64,000 nt of DNA from an uncultured delta proteobacterium (GCA_963755715.1 CAVWLW010000056.1:69454-133453); one strand, 5' to 3'. Shown: positions 33,362 through 44,041, numbered from the stretch's first letter. Numbers and translations are program-made. The notes: generated by a model from the letters alone, not told the origin.

Positions 33362-33712
33362 ATGAAGAGCGAAACGCGGCGGCCCGGAGATGAACCGCAG
33401 TTCGACGAGCACGCTAATGAAGATAGTTATTTTGCCGCGAAAGAACATGAGCTGGTCGAAGATATGAAGTTCGAATTTCACAAGACCGAAGCGGCCCGGC
33501 GGGAAACGCAGATGGCGACTTGTCCCAAGTGTTCAGGACAATTCGCGAAGTACCGATTTATGGGATTCGATTTAGAACGCTGTGAAAACTGTGAAGGGAT
33601 CTGGCTCAATAAAGGCGAGCTCGCGGGGATTCTCAGACAGCAGGCGCGCGGCCCGCTGGGAGTTTTTTTGGATCGCTGTTTTTCCAAGAGTGAAAGAGCA
33701 AAGAAGATTTAG
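33362..33712 (+). CDS. zf-TFIIB zinc-ribbon protein
   Basis: EDSYF, CPKC...CENCEGIWLNKGEL. Confidence 0.8.
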   Translation: MKSETRRPGDEPQFDEHANEDSYFAAKEHELVEDMKFEFHKTEAARRETQMATCPKCSGQFAKYRFMGFDLERCENCEGIWLNKGELAGILRQQARGPLGVFLDRCFSKSERAKKI

Positions 33713-33746
33713 CGCGGTGTGTCAAAAATCAATCATGTAACTTCCA

Positions 33747-33836
33747 CGTCATTCCGGGCCAGCTTGCGATAGCGAACGCGATGCGGAACCAAGAATCCCA
33801 AAGCGTCGCCATGCCCGCGTTCGCAGTCATGGCGAC
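33747..33836. repeat. Degenerate REP-like palindromic element
   Basis: CGTCATTCCGG...GAATCC...ATGCCCGCGTTCGCAGTCATG, between convergent genes. Confidence 0.4.
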
Positions 33837-33917
33837 GGCTTAGAGGGGAATGACCGATTTTACAAACTTTAGCGCCAAATCTACCGGCACTTCGTCGGCG
33901 ATCGCTACCCGGGTTAT

Positions 33918-34265
33918 TTACGCTTTGTCCGCAAGATGCTTGGCGCAGGCGTCGGCAACTTTGCTATCGGGCTTATCCTCACCCGGCATAACCGCCCAAC
34001 TCTGCTTTTCTATATAGCGGCCTTTGTCCCAAGAATCTTTTCCTTTCATTTCTTTGACCTTATCGCCCTTGTCCGAGTCGCGGTTAAATTGCGCGACACA
34101 AATCGTACCCAAGCGGTCGGCGACAGCATCTGCAGCGATCTCCTTCGCCATTGACGCAGCAGTACCGCTGGTAACCCATCCGCCATAGTTGAATCCAACG
34201 ACGGCTAATACCGCCGCGCCACCGAGGGCACTCCACCCACCTAGCTTAATTTTTTCCCAATCCAT
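33918..34265 (-). CDS. Hypothetical membrane-anchored protein
   Basis: VGFNYGGWVT, ICVAQF, WAVMPG; GGGAGG RBS. Confidence 0.75.
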   Translation of the reverse strand: MDWEKIKLGGWSALGGAAVLAVVGFNYGGWVTSGTAASMAKEIAADAVADRLGTICVAQFNRDSDKGDKVKEMKGKDSWDKGRYIEKQSWAVMPGEDKPDSKVADACAKHLADKA

Positions 34266-34566
34266 GAGACACCTCCCTTAACGACAAGTTTGGAACACGC
34301 CGATTTAATTCGCCGCAGCGGTGACAAATCCAATAGTCCGAGCATTGTTTTGTGACGGAGCATTCTTCACAAACACTGCAAAAACGGTGACGGCAGCATT
34401 CGCATTCCGCACTGCCAATCTGAACGGACGAACGGTTGGCTTTGGCCCACGCCCGTTTCGCGGAACCGGCTTCGATCCGAACACGACCCTGGCTGTCCAC
34501 GTCGTTGGATTCCTCTGTCACCCGCTGCACCACTCTGTCCCGCAGATCAACCGCATACCAAGCCAT
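34246..34566 (-). CDS. Cys-rich hypothetical protein (probable zinc binder)
   Basis: CECC, CSVCEEC, CHRCG; AAGGAAGG RBS; downstream of promoter A3. Confidence 0.6.
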   Translation of the reverse strand: MAWYAVDLRDRVVQRVTEESNDVDSQGRVRIEAGSAKRAWAKANRSSVQIGSAECECCRHRFCSVCEECSVTKQCSDYWICHRCGELNRRVPNLSLREVSHGLGKN

Positions 34567-34631
34567 GTTACCTTCCTTCTTGCACGCGAGCGTTGCGCTC
34601 GAGGCCGGCCATAGGAGGCTATCTGATCTTC

Positions 34632-34674
34632 ATGCTGGGCTTACTCAGCCACAGTTGCTGTCTAATATTGAACA
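34632..34674 (-). promoter_or_regulatory. Crp-type palindrome promoter A3
   Basis: TGTTCAATATTAGACA-N21-CAGCAT on the minus strand. Confidence 0.72.
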
Positions 34675-34842
34675 ATCTCGAAAAGAATTATTGCCAGGCT
34701 CACAGGTAGGCGCACGTGGAAAGAGCGCTGATCCAAGTCATGGCCAGAAAATCGAGATCTGATCGGCAGGCACCCAGGGTTTCAGACATGCCTGGGGGGC
34801 AGTTATACCGGCCTTTGGGCTTGAGTCAATTCTTTTCAAAAG

Positions 34843-34885
34843 GGTTCAATATTAGACCGCAATCTCGCCTCAACCAACCTAAGCT
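34843..34885 (+). promoter_or_regulatory. Crp-type palindrome promoter A4
   Basis: GGTTCAATATTAGACC-N21-TAAGCT. Confidence 0.78.
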
Positions 34886-35160
34886 CAATGCAAGCGGAGA
34901 GAATAGGTGAATATGGCGCCGGAGGGTCCGCGGAGCGGTGCTTATTGCCGGCTATTAACCGGCCGGCTCTAAACGGTGTCGAACTAGGCGACCCAGCGGT
35001 TGTGCTTCGTGAAGGAAAGGAAAAGGGCAATGATTAGCAAGACGGAGCAGAATAAGTGGCGGATCAAAGACGCGGTGGGGGAGCTCTCGTGTGATGATCG
35101 CCGTCAAAGGGAGGGAAAGCTCGATCACATCGAGACGGTAAGAGCACGGCGGCGAGGGCG

Positions 35161-35805
35161 GTGAGTAAGATCAAGCACGTTGTAATAAGCGCAGCGATGA
35201 AAGCAATTTTACTGGCTCGATTCATCATGGTAGGCCTCTTGTTCTTGCTTTGCTGCCTTGTGCTTCCCGCAGCTTCGAGAGCCGGCAGCCCGACGGAACA
35301 AGTGCGCGCCACCGTGGACAAGGTGCTGACTATTGTCAGAAGTCCAAACTCAAAATCGAAGCCGCAAATGGACGAGCAGCGGGCTAAATTGATTGAGGTC
35401 ATTTATCCCAGGTTCGATTTCCCGGAGATGGCCAAACGTGCCCTCGGACTGAACTGGACACGCCGGACTCCGGAGGAGCAGCGGGAATTCATAGGAGTTT
35501 TCACCGCGCTGATGGGAAGAGCGTACGCCGAAAACATTGAATCCTATACCAGTCAAAATGTCCTCTACACGCGCGAGAGCGAGGATCAGAACTATGCGCA
35601 GGTGGACACCAAGATCGTCGGCGATAACCAGCCCCCTTTAGCGATCAACTACAAACTCCATCGCGTCGACAAGGAATGGAAGGTCTACGATCTGGTGATC
35701 GAAGACATCAGCGTAGTCAACAACTACCGATCCCAGTTCGATCGCGTCATCGCGCGATCTTCTTTCGCCGAGCTCGTTCGTACGATGAAAGAAAAGCAGC
35801 CATAG
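35161..35805 (+). CDS. MlaC/Ttg2D-family periplasmic binding protein
   Basis: FDFPEMAKRALG, WKVYDLVIEDISVVNNYRSQF. Confidence 0.88.
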   Translation: MSKIKHVVISAAMKAILLARFIMVGLLFLLCCLVLPAASRAGSPTEQVRATVDKVLTIVRSPNSKSKPQMDEQRAKLIEVIYPRFDFPEMAKRALGLNWTRRTPEEQREFIGVFTALMGRAYAENIESYTSQNVLYTRESEDQNYAQVDTKIVGDNQPPLAINYKLHRVDKEWKVYDLVIEDISVVNNYRSQFDRVIARSSFAELVRTMKEKQP

Positions 35806-36060
35806 GATTCGGTAAACAGCGGCTGTTCTTGCATATGCTTAGAACAGAATGCTTGTCCCGAAAGGGCGTAACATTCGAGAGTAAACAGTGTTCGGTAAAT
35901 TTGAGAGTAAGCGCATGACCAGTTCTAGTTGCATTACGAGAAATAGTCGACGATCGGAGTTTCTTAATATCGGCCGCCATATGACTAAAACGCCACGCAC
36001 AAATACTCGTCATCGGTTAGGTTCCTATCGTTAAGCAGTGTGTCAGGTAAGGGAGCTGCA

Positions 36061-37557
36061 ATGGACGATGAGACGGACAAAGTCGTAAGGAGCAACGGGA
36101 ATGAAGAGAGTTTGCGGGCTTCCGAAGTTCGCTACCGCCGACTGTTCGAGACGGCCAAGGATGGCATACTGCTCCTGGATGCGGACACGGGGCGAATCAC
36201 CGACGTCAACCCGTTCCTGCAAGACATGCTGGGATACTCTCACGCCGAGTTGATTGGCAAGGCGCTCTGGGAGATCGGCCCGATCAAAGATATTGCCGCG
36301 AGCCAGGACGCCATGCACCAGTTGCAGAAAAAGGAATATGTCCGTTACGAGAATCTGCCGTTGGAAACCAAAGCGGGACAACACATCCAGGTGGAGTTCG
36401 TCAGCAATGTCTACCTGGTCGATGGCTGGCGCGTGATCCAATGCAACGTCCGCGATATCACCGCCCGCAAAACGGCCGAGGAGGGTATGCGGACGGCCAA
36501 TGACGATTTAGTGGCTTCGGTGGCTGAACTGCAAAGGCGTGACGAGGAAATGAAGTCGCTCATCCGCCTAAACGATCTGCTTCAATCCTGCACGACCCAG
36601 GCCGAGGCCTACCAGGTGGTTGCCCACGTAGCCATCGAACTATTCGCGGGGCAGAGTGGTTGTTTAGCCATCTTGTATGCGCCGGATCACCATTTGGAGA
36701 CGGTCGCCTGTTGGGGCGGTGAAACACCCCTGAAGCCCAGTTTTTCATTGGAGGACTGTTGGGGGCTACGGCGCGGTAAATTGCACGAAGTTAGCGATCC
36801 CCGGACGGATTTGCTGTGCCATCACTTTGTCCATGAAGCCCAGGCAGGCTATTTGTGTGTGCCTTTGACAGGCCAGAGCGGAACAATCGGACTGTTGTTC
36901 CTCGCGGGAGCGGCGCGGAAAGGGATGGGTTCAGTCACCAGGCAACAACTGGCCATAACGGCGGGCGAAACGATCAAGCTGTCTTTGTATAATTTGAAAC
37001 TAAGAGAGGAGATGCGCGAACAGGCCATCCATGATCCACTGACCGGGCTGTGCAATCGGCGTTATTTGGACGAGAGTCTGTCGCGCGAGGTGCATCGGGC
37101 GCAGCGTGGTAAATCGCCGCTCTCCGTCGTGATGCTCGATCTCGATTACTTCAAGCCATTCAATGATACCTTCGGTCACGATGCCGGCGATGCGCTATTA
37201 CGCGAGTTGGCGCAAGTGATGCACGACAAGCTGCGCAAGAGCGATATCTGTTGCCGCTATGGCGGGGATGAGTTTGTCCTCGTGCTGCCCGATTCATCAC
37301 TGGCGGACACCCAGCAACGCATGGAGCAAATCTGCGTTGCGGTTAAAGAGAAGCAGATTCGCAACGGTGGCCCACCACTAGACGCGATAACAATATCGGC
37401 CGGTGTTGTCGGCCTGCCTGAACACGGTTCCACGGCCGCTGAATTACTCCAAGCGGCTGACAATGCCATGTATGCCGCCAAACAGGCCGGGCAGGAACCG
37501 GATCGTTGTCTACCAAGCGAAGGAGTCTTAGCTCGAAAAACGGAGAGGCTTGCTTAA
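36061..37557 (+). CDS. PAS-GAF diguanylate cyclase, C-terminal frameshift near 37490
   Basis: DPLTGL, FKPFND, GGDEF; removing one G restores AKQAGRNRIVVY. Confidence 0.9.
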   Translation: MDDETDKVVRSNGNEESLRASEVRYRRLFETAKDGILLLDADTGRITDVNPFLQDMLGYSHAELIGKALWEIGPIKDIAASQDAMHQLQKKEYVRYENLPLETKAGQHIQVEFVSNVYLVDGWRVIQCNVRDITARKTAEEGMRTANDDLVASVAELQRRDEEMKSLIRLNDLLQSCTTQAEAYQVVAHVAIELFAGQSGCLAILYAPDHHLETVACWGGETPLKPSFSLEDCWGLRRGKLHEVSDPRTDLLCHHFVHEAQAGYLCVPLTGQSGTIGLLFLAGAARKGMGSVTRQQLAITAGETIKLSLYNLKLREEMREQAIHDPLTGLCNRRYLDESLSREVHRAQRGKSPLSVVMLDLDYFKPFNDTFGHDAGDALLRELAQVMHDKLRKSDICCRYGGDEFVLVLPDSSLADTQQRMEQICVAVKEKQIRNGGPPLDAITISAGVVGLPEHGSTAAELLQAADNAMYAAKQAGQEPDRCLPSEGVLARKTERLA

Positions 37558-37668
37558 CCCTAGGGTTTACCGCCACCGAGATTGACCAGCTCTTGTTCGA
37601 TTGATTAGTAGCTCAGATCGCCGAGACCGGCGCTGGGCGTGTCCGCCTCACGATCATTTTTTTAAAAT

Positions 37669-37711
37669 GGTTCAATATTAGACCGAAATCTCATCAGAGT
37701 CAGCGTAAGTT
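37669..37711 (+). promoter_or_regulatory. Crp-type palindrome promoter A5 (no clear ORF immediately downstream)
   Basis: GGTTCAATATTAGACC-N21-TAAGTT. Confidence 0.75.
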
Positions 37712-38018
37712 TTCGCACAAAAAGGGCGGCTCCATCGTAATCATCACGATGGGTAAAGCCTGGTTGCGGAGAAGGGCTGTTGATGTCAAGGAGATACTAA
37801 TTGTCGAAGATTCTTTGTGATCTGCCGGATCTGAGCATCTCGCGCCGATGAAAAAATAGTCCGGAGAAAATCATCGGATGCGTTCTCTTTCACCCAACTC
37901 GTTCGGGTGATGCGAAAAATAGAGCGCTAAAGGCCGTGTCGAAGAGACTGCACGGCGAACCGGCGGTTTGAGAATCAACGCTGAATGAGGTCGAGTTTGG
38001 TGTAATTTTGTTTCCATT

Positions 38019-38061
38019 TGTTCAATTTTAGACAGATTTTCACCCGGAGGCATAGTAATTT
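38019..38061 (+). promoter_or_regulatory. Crp-type palindrome promoter A6 (hybrid kinase)
   Basis: TGTTCAATTTTAGACA-N21-TAATTT. Confidence 0.75.
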
Positions 38062-38142
38062 ACGTTCGTTCACGAAAGGGATCCTCATTCACAGGGAAAA
38101 ATTCCAGGCCGGAGGCAACATGAATTTGCACCAATCTCGCTA

Positions 38143-39993
38143 TTGCGGTTAGAAGACGTCGTCATAAATTCCGAACTCATAAACAGGCCCTCCAAAGCAC
38201 CCAACTATGAAGCCGAAAATCAGGCTTTGTTAGCGCTGGCGCAGACCCTTGCGGATGCGCCGGATAAAATTTTGCAAAGGCTTGCCGAAACAGCCTTGCA
38301 ACTTTGCCGCGCCGATACCGCTGGGATCAGCCTGTTAGAGCAACAGGATGGCGCGGAAGTTTTCCGTTGGGAGGCGCTGGCGGGAGTTTTTAGCGACCGC
38401 CTTAACGCCACAATGCCTAGAGACGCAAGTCCTTGTGGCACCACAATCGACCGGAACGCAACCCAGCTCATGTACATGGCGGAGCGAGTTTTTCCGGCTT
38501 TAACATCGGAGCCGCCCGTCGTCGAGGCCTTGCTCATCCCGTTTCACGTCGGGCACAAACCGATCGGCACGGTATGGGTCGTTGCTCACGACGAGCGCCG
38601 CAAATTCGATCGGGAAGACGAACGGATCATCAAGACACTAGCTCAATTCGCGTCGGCCTCCTGGCAATTATGGCAAGCACGGGCCGGCGCCGAAGCCGCA
38701 GCTCGAGACAAGCTTCAACAGGCGCTGGACTTAGCTGCCGCAAACGCAGCATTGCAGGCGCATCTTGAGTACAAGACGACGGTGGAAGAGAAGCTGCAGC
38801 AGCTCAATAACGAGTTGCAGGTGCGGATCGCTGAAAGCAAGGCGAAATTGACCAAGGGGAAGGCCGACATAGATACGCTCGCTGCCGGCATAGCTCACGA
38901 TTTCAATAACGTTTTAAATGTTATCCAGGCCTATGCAACACTGATCATGACGAGTCCGACCGAACCCAATAATGTTGTCGAGCACGCGGAAGTGATCAGG
39001 ACAATCGTCGAGGAGGGTGGGGTGCTGGCGCGGCAGATGCTCGCGATTGGAAGAAAGCCAGAGACAAACTTCGAACTTGCCGATGTCAATGGCCTGCTCC
39101 AACGAACGATTAAACTATTGTCCCCGATGTTTCCGCCGGCAATTGAAATCGCCGCAGATCTGGATCCGCGCGCGCCGATGGTCATGATCGATGCCGGTCT
39201 CATAAATCAGGCCATACTCAATATCTGCATGAACGCGCGGGACGCGATGCCGGACGGCGGGAAAATTCTTTTGCAGACTCGAACGACCTTGGGTGCCGTC
39301 CTGTGCCAACGTTTCTCCGAAGCCAAAGCAGAACAATACGTACACATCAGCGTCGCAGATACCGGCGTTGGAATGGAGGCGGACGTCAGCAGCCGCATTT
39401 TTGAATCGTATTTTACCACTAAGAAGCCGGGCCAAGGGACCGGTCTCGGCCTTTCGATTGTTCACGGTATCGTCAGTGCACACGCCGGCTTCATCGAGGT
39501 AAACAGTGAGCCAGGTTGCGGTTCGACCTTTCATATTTATTTGCCGCTTCCGCCAGAAGAAGCAGCGACAGACGCCATAACCGCTTCATGGGCGCAAAGC
39601 AAAATAGAAGATCGAACGCGGCAGCGTGAGACGATTCTCTACGCTGAAGATGATGCAAGGCTCTCCTATTTGATGCAAAAATTACTGGAAAAAGAAGGAT
39701 TCCAGGTCTTGGCAGCCCAAAACGGTGCCGAAGCCGTGGAATTGCATAGCCGTTATAAAAACGAGATCGGCATAGCAATTCTTGATCTTGGTTTGCCAAA
39801 AATGAATGGCTGGGAGGCTTTTCAAAAAATGAAAAAAATCAATCCAAAGCTAAAAGGTATTCTTGCCAGCGGCTATGTGTCCGCCGAAGCCGAGTCGCGG
39901 TTGGCAAAAGGAGAGCTGAACGGTGTGCTTCAAAAGCCCTACGCTGCAGCAGAAGTTCTGGCCACGATTAAGCGGGCATTTCAGAGCCAATAA
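38143..39993 (+). CDS. GAF-domain hybrid histidine kinase/response regulator
   Basis: AHDFNN H-box, NARDAM, DTGVGM, GTGLGL, C-terminal REC; true start probably ATG 38120 (GGAGG RBS) with an indel. Confidence 0.9.
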   Translation: MRLEDVVINSELINRPSKAPNYEAENQALLALAQTLADAPDKILQRLAETALQLCRADTAGISLLEQQDGAEVFRWEALAGVFSDRLNATMPRDASPCGTTIDRNATQLMYMAERVFPALTSEPPVVEALLIPFHVGHKPIGTVWVVAHDERRKFDREDERIIKTLAQFASASWQLWQARAGAEAAARDKLQQALDLAAANAALQAHLEYKTTVEEKLQQLNNELQVRIAESKAKLTKGKADIDTLAAGIAHDFNNVLNVIQAYATLIMTSPTEPNNVVEHAEVIRTIVEEGGVLARQMLAIGRKPETNFELADVNGLLQRTIKLLSPMFPPAIEIAADLDPRAPMVMIDAGLINQAILNICMNARDAMPDGGKILLQTRTTLGAVLCQRFSEAKAEQYVHISVADTGVGMEADVSSRIFESYFTTKKPGQGTGLGLSIVHGIVSAHAGFIEVNSEPGCGSTFHIYLPLPPEEAATDAITASWAQSKIEDRTRQRETILYAEDDARLSYLMQKLLEKEGFQVLAAQNGAEAVELHSRYKNEIGIAILDLGLPKMNGWEAFQKMKKINPKLKGILASGYVSAEAESRLAKGELNGVLQKPYAAAEVLATIKRAFQSQ

Positions 39994-40078
39994 AACAGCG
40001 GGGAGTTTTGTATCCATCGCCTTGGATGTTGGTATTTATTTATGTGACGGAACTTCAATCCTTAGGACGGAGGATGAT

Positions 40079-40300
40079 ATGTACATCGAACGCATCGGTG
40101 CTCGTAAAAAGAAGCGCAGGATCCATACCACCTTGGGAGAGCTCGTCGCGACGATCAGCGACATTGCCTTTGAATATGCCGCTGACGGAGAAGAGGCCTA
40201 TGAAATTGCTCGCTGGGTTTTGGTGGGCTTTCTCAAAGACGCATCGCTCAGAAGCGAAACCATTGACCGGCACTTTCCCGCCAGTAAATACCTGCATTAA
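40079..40300 (+). CDS. Hypothetical protein, paralog of 57060-57269
   Basis: TTLGELVATISDIAFEY...DRHFP; GGAGG RBS. Confidence 0.7.
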   Translation: MYIERIGARKKKRRIHTTLGELVATISDIAFEYAADGEEAYEIARWVLVGFLKDASLRSETIDRHFPASKYLH

Positions 40301-40326
40301 TCTGTTCCAACGCTCGCTCCCTCATC

Positions 40327-40449
40327 CGACCGTTTGGTCGAAAGTCGCGACGCTTTCGACGAGCTTTCTGTGATTGCTTTCCTGACGGATTAAAAATCCA
40401 TTCAAAACATTTAGTTTTTTCTTGATACAAGTCGTGGCACAAGGCTTGC
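40327..40449 (+). promoter_or_regulatory. sigma54 promoter with tandem enhancer B1
   Basis: CGACCGTTTGGTCG; TGGCAC-AAGGC-TTGC starts 108 nt later. Confidence 0.8.
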
Positions 40450-40483
40450 GCCTACTTAGCTTCGATAGCCTTAGAGAAGCTAT

Positions 40484-40633
40484 ATGCTCGCAACTATTTT
40501 GATCATCGTCATGATTTTGCTGCAGACGGGTGCATTGTCACTTGGCCTCATGGCCATTCCCCGGTTTGCAGCCGCGGCGAGCTTGAAGCGCAAATCGGCT
40601 CTACTTAACAAACGTATCCGGGAACGGCCCTAA
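40484..40633 (+). pseudogene. Degenerate DUF3309-like membrane peptide
   Basis: MLATILIIVMILLQTGAL, then TWPH in a shifted frame. Confidence 0.45.
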
Positions 40634-40665
40634 AGGCGCCGGCTCCGGGAACAGGGAGGTGCTTT

Positions 40666-40863
40666 ATGCCTTTAGTTCAACTCGTAGTGATCTTGATCGT
40701 AATTGGTGTTCTCCTCGGGATGGTTAATCGCTACATACCGATGGCGGGATCGATTAAGTCGATCTTGAATGGGGTTGTGGTCATTAGCGTAGTTCTGTGG
40801 CTTCTAAATGTTTTTGGACTTTTCACCTCAATCTCAGCGATCCATGTCGGGAAGTTATCTTGA
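40666..40863 (+). CDS. Small membrane protein (Thivi_2564-like)
   Basis: NRYIPMAGSIKSILN; GGGAGG RBS. Confidence 0.75.
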   Translation: MPLVQLVVILIVIGVLLGMVNRYIPMAGSIKSILNGVVVISVVLWLLNVFGLFTSISAIHVGKLS

Positions 40864-40952
40864 CTCAGCGCGAGCGGCGCATAGTTGCGGCGAAAAGGAG
40901 TCGCGATGAGCTTCCAACGTACATGAAGAATTAGAGACCATAGAGTACAGCT

Positions 40953-43379
40953 ATGTTGTATTGGTCGCTGATGTTTCTTCTTGTTGCTCTAACCGCCGGC
41001 CTGCTGGTCATTGCTTTCACTGCGGCCGGCGCGCGAAAGATTTTGCCGGGGCCCAATCCACACCCCCGCTGGGACTCGGAGACTCATAATTCAACTTTGT
41101 TCAGACGAATGCGAGTGAGTGCTCTGGCGGCTCGGAGAATCCGTAGTACCCGCTTCGCCGTTCCACATTGGCGGAGACGCGTCCTTAACCTTGCAATTTG
41201 CACAACGCCGATTATAGCCGCTCTCGTGTCAATCGGGTTTTATCACGTCTATTTCGACCGAAGTGATTTGCCTGACATAGAAGCATTCGCCCGCTTTGAG
41301 TTTCCTACCATCGGCACCGTCTACGATGCCAACGGCCAGCCGCTCATGGAACTGGCAAAAGAGTACCGAAAGATCGTCAAATATGAGGACATCCCGCCGA
41401 TTGTTCGCGATGCAATCCTCGCCACCGAAGATAAACACTTCTTCTCACATAGCGGCGTTGACTATTCGGTAATTCCTCGCGTGCTGGGCAAAGTCAGGAT
41501 TCGAGCTCTGGCGGCACGCCTCGTAGGACTCGGACAGCAAGACGAAAATGAAAGTCCGGCGCTTCTCCCGCAAGGCGGATCGACGATCACTCAACAGCTC
41601 GTGCGGGGACATTTTCTCAAAAACCTAACGACGAAAGAAAACAGCAACGAGCTCCGCTATGCCGGACTCTTTCCTCGCTCGCTGTCAAGCCTGGTCGGCG
41701 CGCGCAGTGTCAACATGCTGGTTCGCAAGCTGGAGGAGATTCGCCTGTCGTTGTGGATCGAAGAAGAGATGCAGAAGCGTTTCGGTTCGAAACGCAACGC
41801 TAAGGAGGAAATTCTCGCCCGCTACGCCAGTTTCATTTACATGGGAAATGGTCAATACGGATTCCCGACGGCAGCCGAATACTATTTTGGCCGGTCTCTC
41901 GCCACGTTCACCGCCGATGACGCCGACAAGGCAGCGCTGCTCGCAGGCATCGCGAAGTCGCCGCGTTACTACGCCCCCAATGCGAAGGACAGCTCAAGGG
42001 TGTTGCGCCGCAGAAATCAAACACTGGCGCTTATGGCGGCAAACGGTTTCATTCCCCAGGACAATGTGAATTCAGCCGAGCAGCGCCCGCTTCAAGTGAT
42101 CGCGCCGCGCAAAGACAAGATGTTTCAGGCGCCCGCGGTCCTTGGAACTATCCTTCAAGGGCTCAGAGGCCGTGGCGACCGCAGCGTTGAAGATCTTCTG
42201 CAGGGACGTATCCAGGTTTACTCGACGGTGGATCTCCGGGTGCAGCAAATTGCCAACGAGGCGCTCGAGCGCGGCCTCGAGCTTTACGAGAAACGACACC
42301 CGGGCGCCAAAGGGATAATCCAAGGCTCTGTCGTTGTGCTACGGAACCGCGATGCGAGCATTCTCGCCGAAACTGGCGGTCGTCAGTTTTACCAGGACCG
42401 CTCCGCCGCATACAGCGACTTTAACCGCGTCATCAAGTCCCTGCGGCAACCTGGGTCAACGATGAAACCTATGGTCTATCTTGCGGCGTTTCGACAGGGT
42501 GGCGTTAATCTGGAAACCATGGTCCCCGACGAAGCGATCGGTGTTCCGGATGCAGAGAAACAGAGTACAAAATGGATCTCAAACTATGATGATCAATTCC
42601 GAGGCATGATTCCGGTCCGCGAGGCGCTCGCGGAATCCAGAAACACCGTCGCGATTTGGCTAACAGAGCAGATCGGGATCGGCAGTGTTTTGCGAACATC
42701 GCAAACGTTAGGGATCCAGACACGGTTGCAGCCCTACCCCACAACGGCGTTGGGCGCGTCCGAAGTGAATTTGCTGGAGCTGGCCAATGCGTACCGCACC
42801 ATGGCATCGGGGATGTCCGCCGAGCCGTATGTGATCCGAAAAATCGTTAGCGATTCGGGCGAGGTGGTAGCCGACAACGAACACGCGGGGACCCCGGTCG
42901 ATGTCGACGACTCCGCGCTTGCGCTCATTCAGGAAGGCCTTCGCGGTGTCGTGCGTATGCCCACCGGCACGGCTCATACGCTTGACTCGAGCGTTTTCCC
43001 ACTCGCGGTCATGGGCAAGACGGGGACGACAAACGAGTTCAGAGATGCGCTCTTTGTCGGCTCGACCTTCGGCCTCGAGGGAATCACCGTCGCCGTTCGT
43101 ATAGGCTTCGACGACAACCGTTCCCTTGGAACGACAGAGACCGGCGGCCGGGTCGCGCTGCCGGTGTTTAAAGAACTCATGCTCAGAGTGTATCGCGAAA
43201 AGCTGGTAGGCCCAGCGCCGACATTCCCGGCGCAAATGGAACAGAACATTAATGATTATCTGGCAGGCGGCTCGATCGCGAAGGGCGAATCCGTAACTGT
43301 ACTTAACCCTTCAAATCCGCCCGCGCCGTTTTCGGTCCGCTTCACGGATCGTGGCGAAGCGATTCAAGAACGGCCGTAG
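40953..43379 (+). CDS. Class A penicillin-binding protein (transglycosylase/transpeptidase) with DUF1328-like N-terminus
   Basis: EDKHFFSHSGVD, GGSTITQQL, RKLEE, STMK, SRN, KTGT. Confidence 0.9.
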   Translation: MLYWSLMFLLVALTAGLLVIAFTAAGARKILPGPNPHPRWDSETHNSTLFRRMRVSALAARRIRSTRFAVPHWRRRVLNLAICTTPIIAALVSIGFYHVYFDRSDLPDIEAFARFEFPTIGTVYDANGQPLMELAKEYRKIVKYEDIPPIVRDAILATEDKHFFSHSGVDYSVIPRVLGKVRIRALAARLVGLGQQDENESPALLPQGGSTITQQLVRGHFLKNLTTKENSNELRYAGLFPRSLSSLVGARSVNMLVRKLEEIRLSLWIEEEMQKRFGSKRNAKEEILARYASFIYMGNGQYGFPTAAEYYFGRSLATFTADDADKAALLAGIAKSPRYYAPNAKDSSRVLRRRNQTLALMAANGFIPQDNVNSAEQRPLQVIAPRKDKMFQAPAVLGTILQGLRGRGDRSVEDLLQGRIQVYSTVDLRVQQIANEALERGLELYEKRHPGAKGIIQGSVVVLRNRDASILAETGGRQFYQDRSAAYSDFNRVIKSLRQPGSTMKPMVYLAAFRQGGVNLETMVPDEAIGVPDAEKQSTKWISNYDDQFRGMIPVREALAESRNTVAIWLTEQIGIGSVLRTSQTLGIQTRLQPYPTTALGASEVNLLELANAYRTMASGMSAEPYVIRKIVSDSGEVVADNEHAGTPVDVDDSALALIQEGLRGVVRMPTGTAHTLDSSVFPLAVMGKTGTTNEFRDALFVGSTFGLEGITVAVRIGFDDNRSLGTTETGGRVALPVFKELMLRVYREKLVGPAPTFPAQMEQNINDYLAGGSIAKGESVTVLNPSNPPAPFSVRFTDRGEAIQERP

Positions 43380-43453
43380 AATCGCCTCCTTGAACCGCTT
43401 CGAGCTCAAACGGCGGCTATCGCCCCATGGCGCGCGACAATTCTTTGCAAAAT

Positions 43454-43496
43454 CGTCCAATATTAGACTGCAACTCGTTTTGGATCGGCCTAAGCT
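43454..43496 (+). promoter_or_regulatory. Crp-type palindrome promoter A7
   Basis: CGTCCAATATTAGACT-N21-TAAGCT. Confidence 0.78.
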
Positions 43497-43596
43497 TCCT
43501 GCCATTAATACCATGAAGCTTCATCCCCGTGGATTGGTTGAAAATGTTCAAAGCGCCCGGCTTGCGCGCTAGTCATGCCAAACGAAGGATGCTGCG

Positions 43597-43891
43597 ATGA
43601 AAAAATTAATGTTTCTGTTGGTGCTCACGATGGCTCCCAGTCTCGGTGGGGAAAGACGTTGCATTTTCAAACCACGCGGCGGCCGCCCGCGCTCCCCGAG
43701 AGGAGGTTAGCGCACGACCCCTGTATGAATATGGCACCGAACATCAGATCAACGCGTTCGACGAAAAGAATCATCGGAACGAAAAAAGATTGCTTCGCGC
43801 CGGTCCGACTAACGAGGTTGAAGTGAAGCGATTAAAGTTGATGTTTCTGCTCATGATGAGTCTAGGTCAATACCGCACTCCAGTGCATTAG
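43597..43891 (+). CDS. Small secreted hypothetical protein, probable frameshift near 43637
   Basis: Signal-like MKKLMFLLVLTMAP after AAGGA joins ORF 43646-43891 with one indel. Confidence 0.45.
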
Positions 43892-43917
43892 GAAACGGAA
43901 AAACAGTTCAAGTGATG

Positions 43918-44041
43918 CGACTCTTTGGTCGAAAGTTTCGACGCTTCCGACGAGACTTTAATGATTTTCTTTTTCACATCTTAAGAAATCCATAGGTAAA
44001 TTCAGTCTTTCACTCACAACGCGGTACGGCACAAAAGTTGC
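43918..44041 (+). promoter_or_regulatory. sigma54 promoter with tandem enhancer B2
   Basis: CGACTCTTTGGTCG; CGGCAC-AAAAG-TTGC starts 109 nt later. Confidence 0.78.

Noticed and set aside
35824-35846. Palindrome TGTTCT...AGAACA after mlaC
   Set aside because: Spacing does not fit motif A; single copy, probably a 3' hairpin
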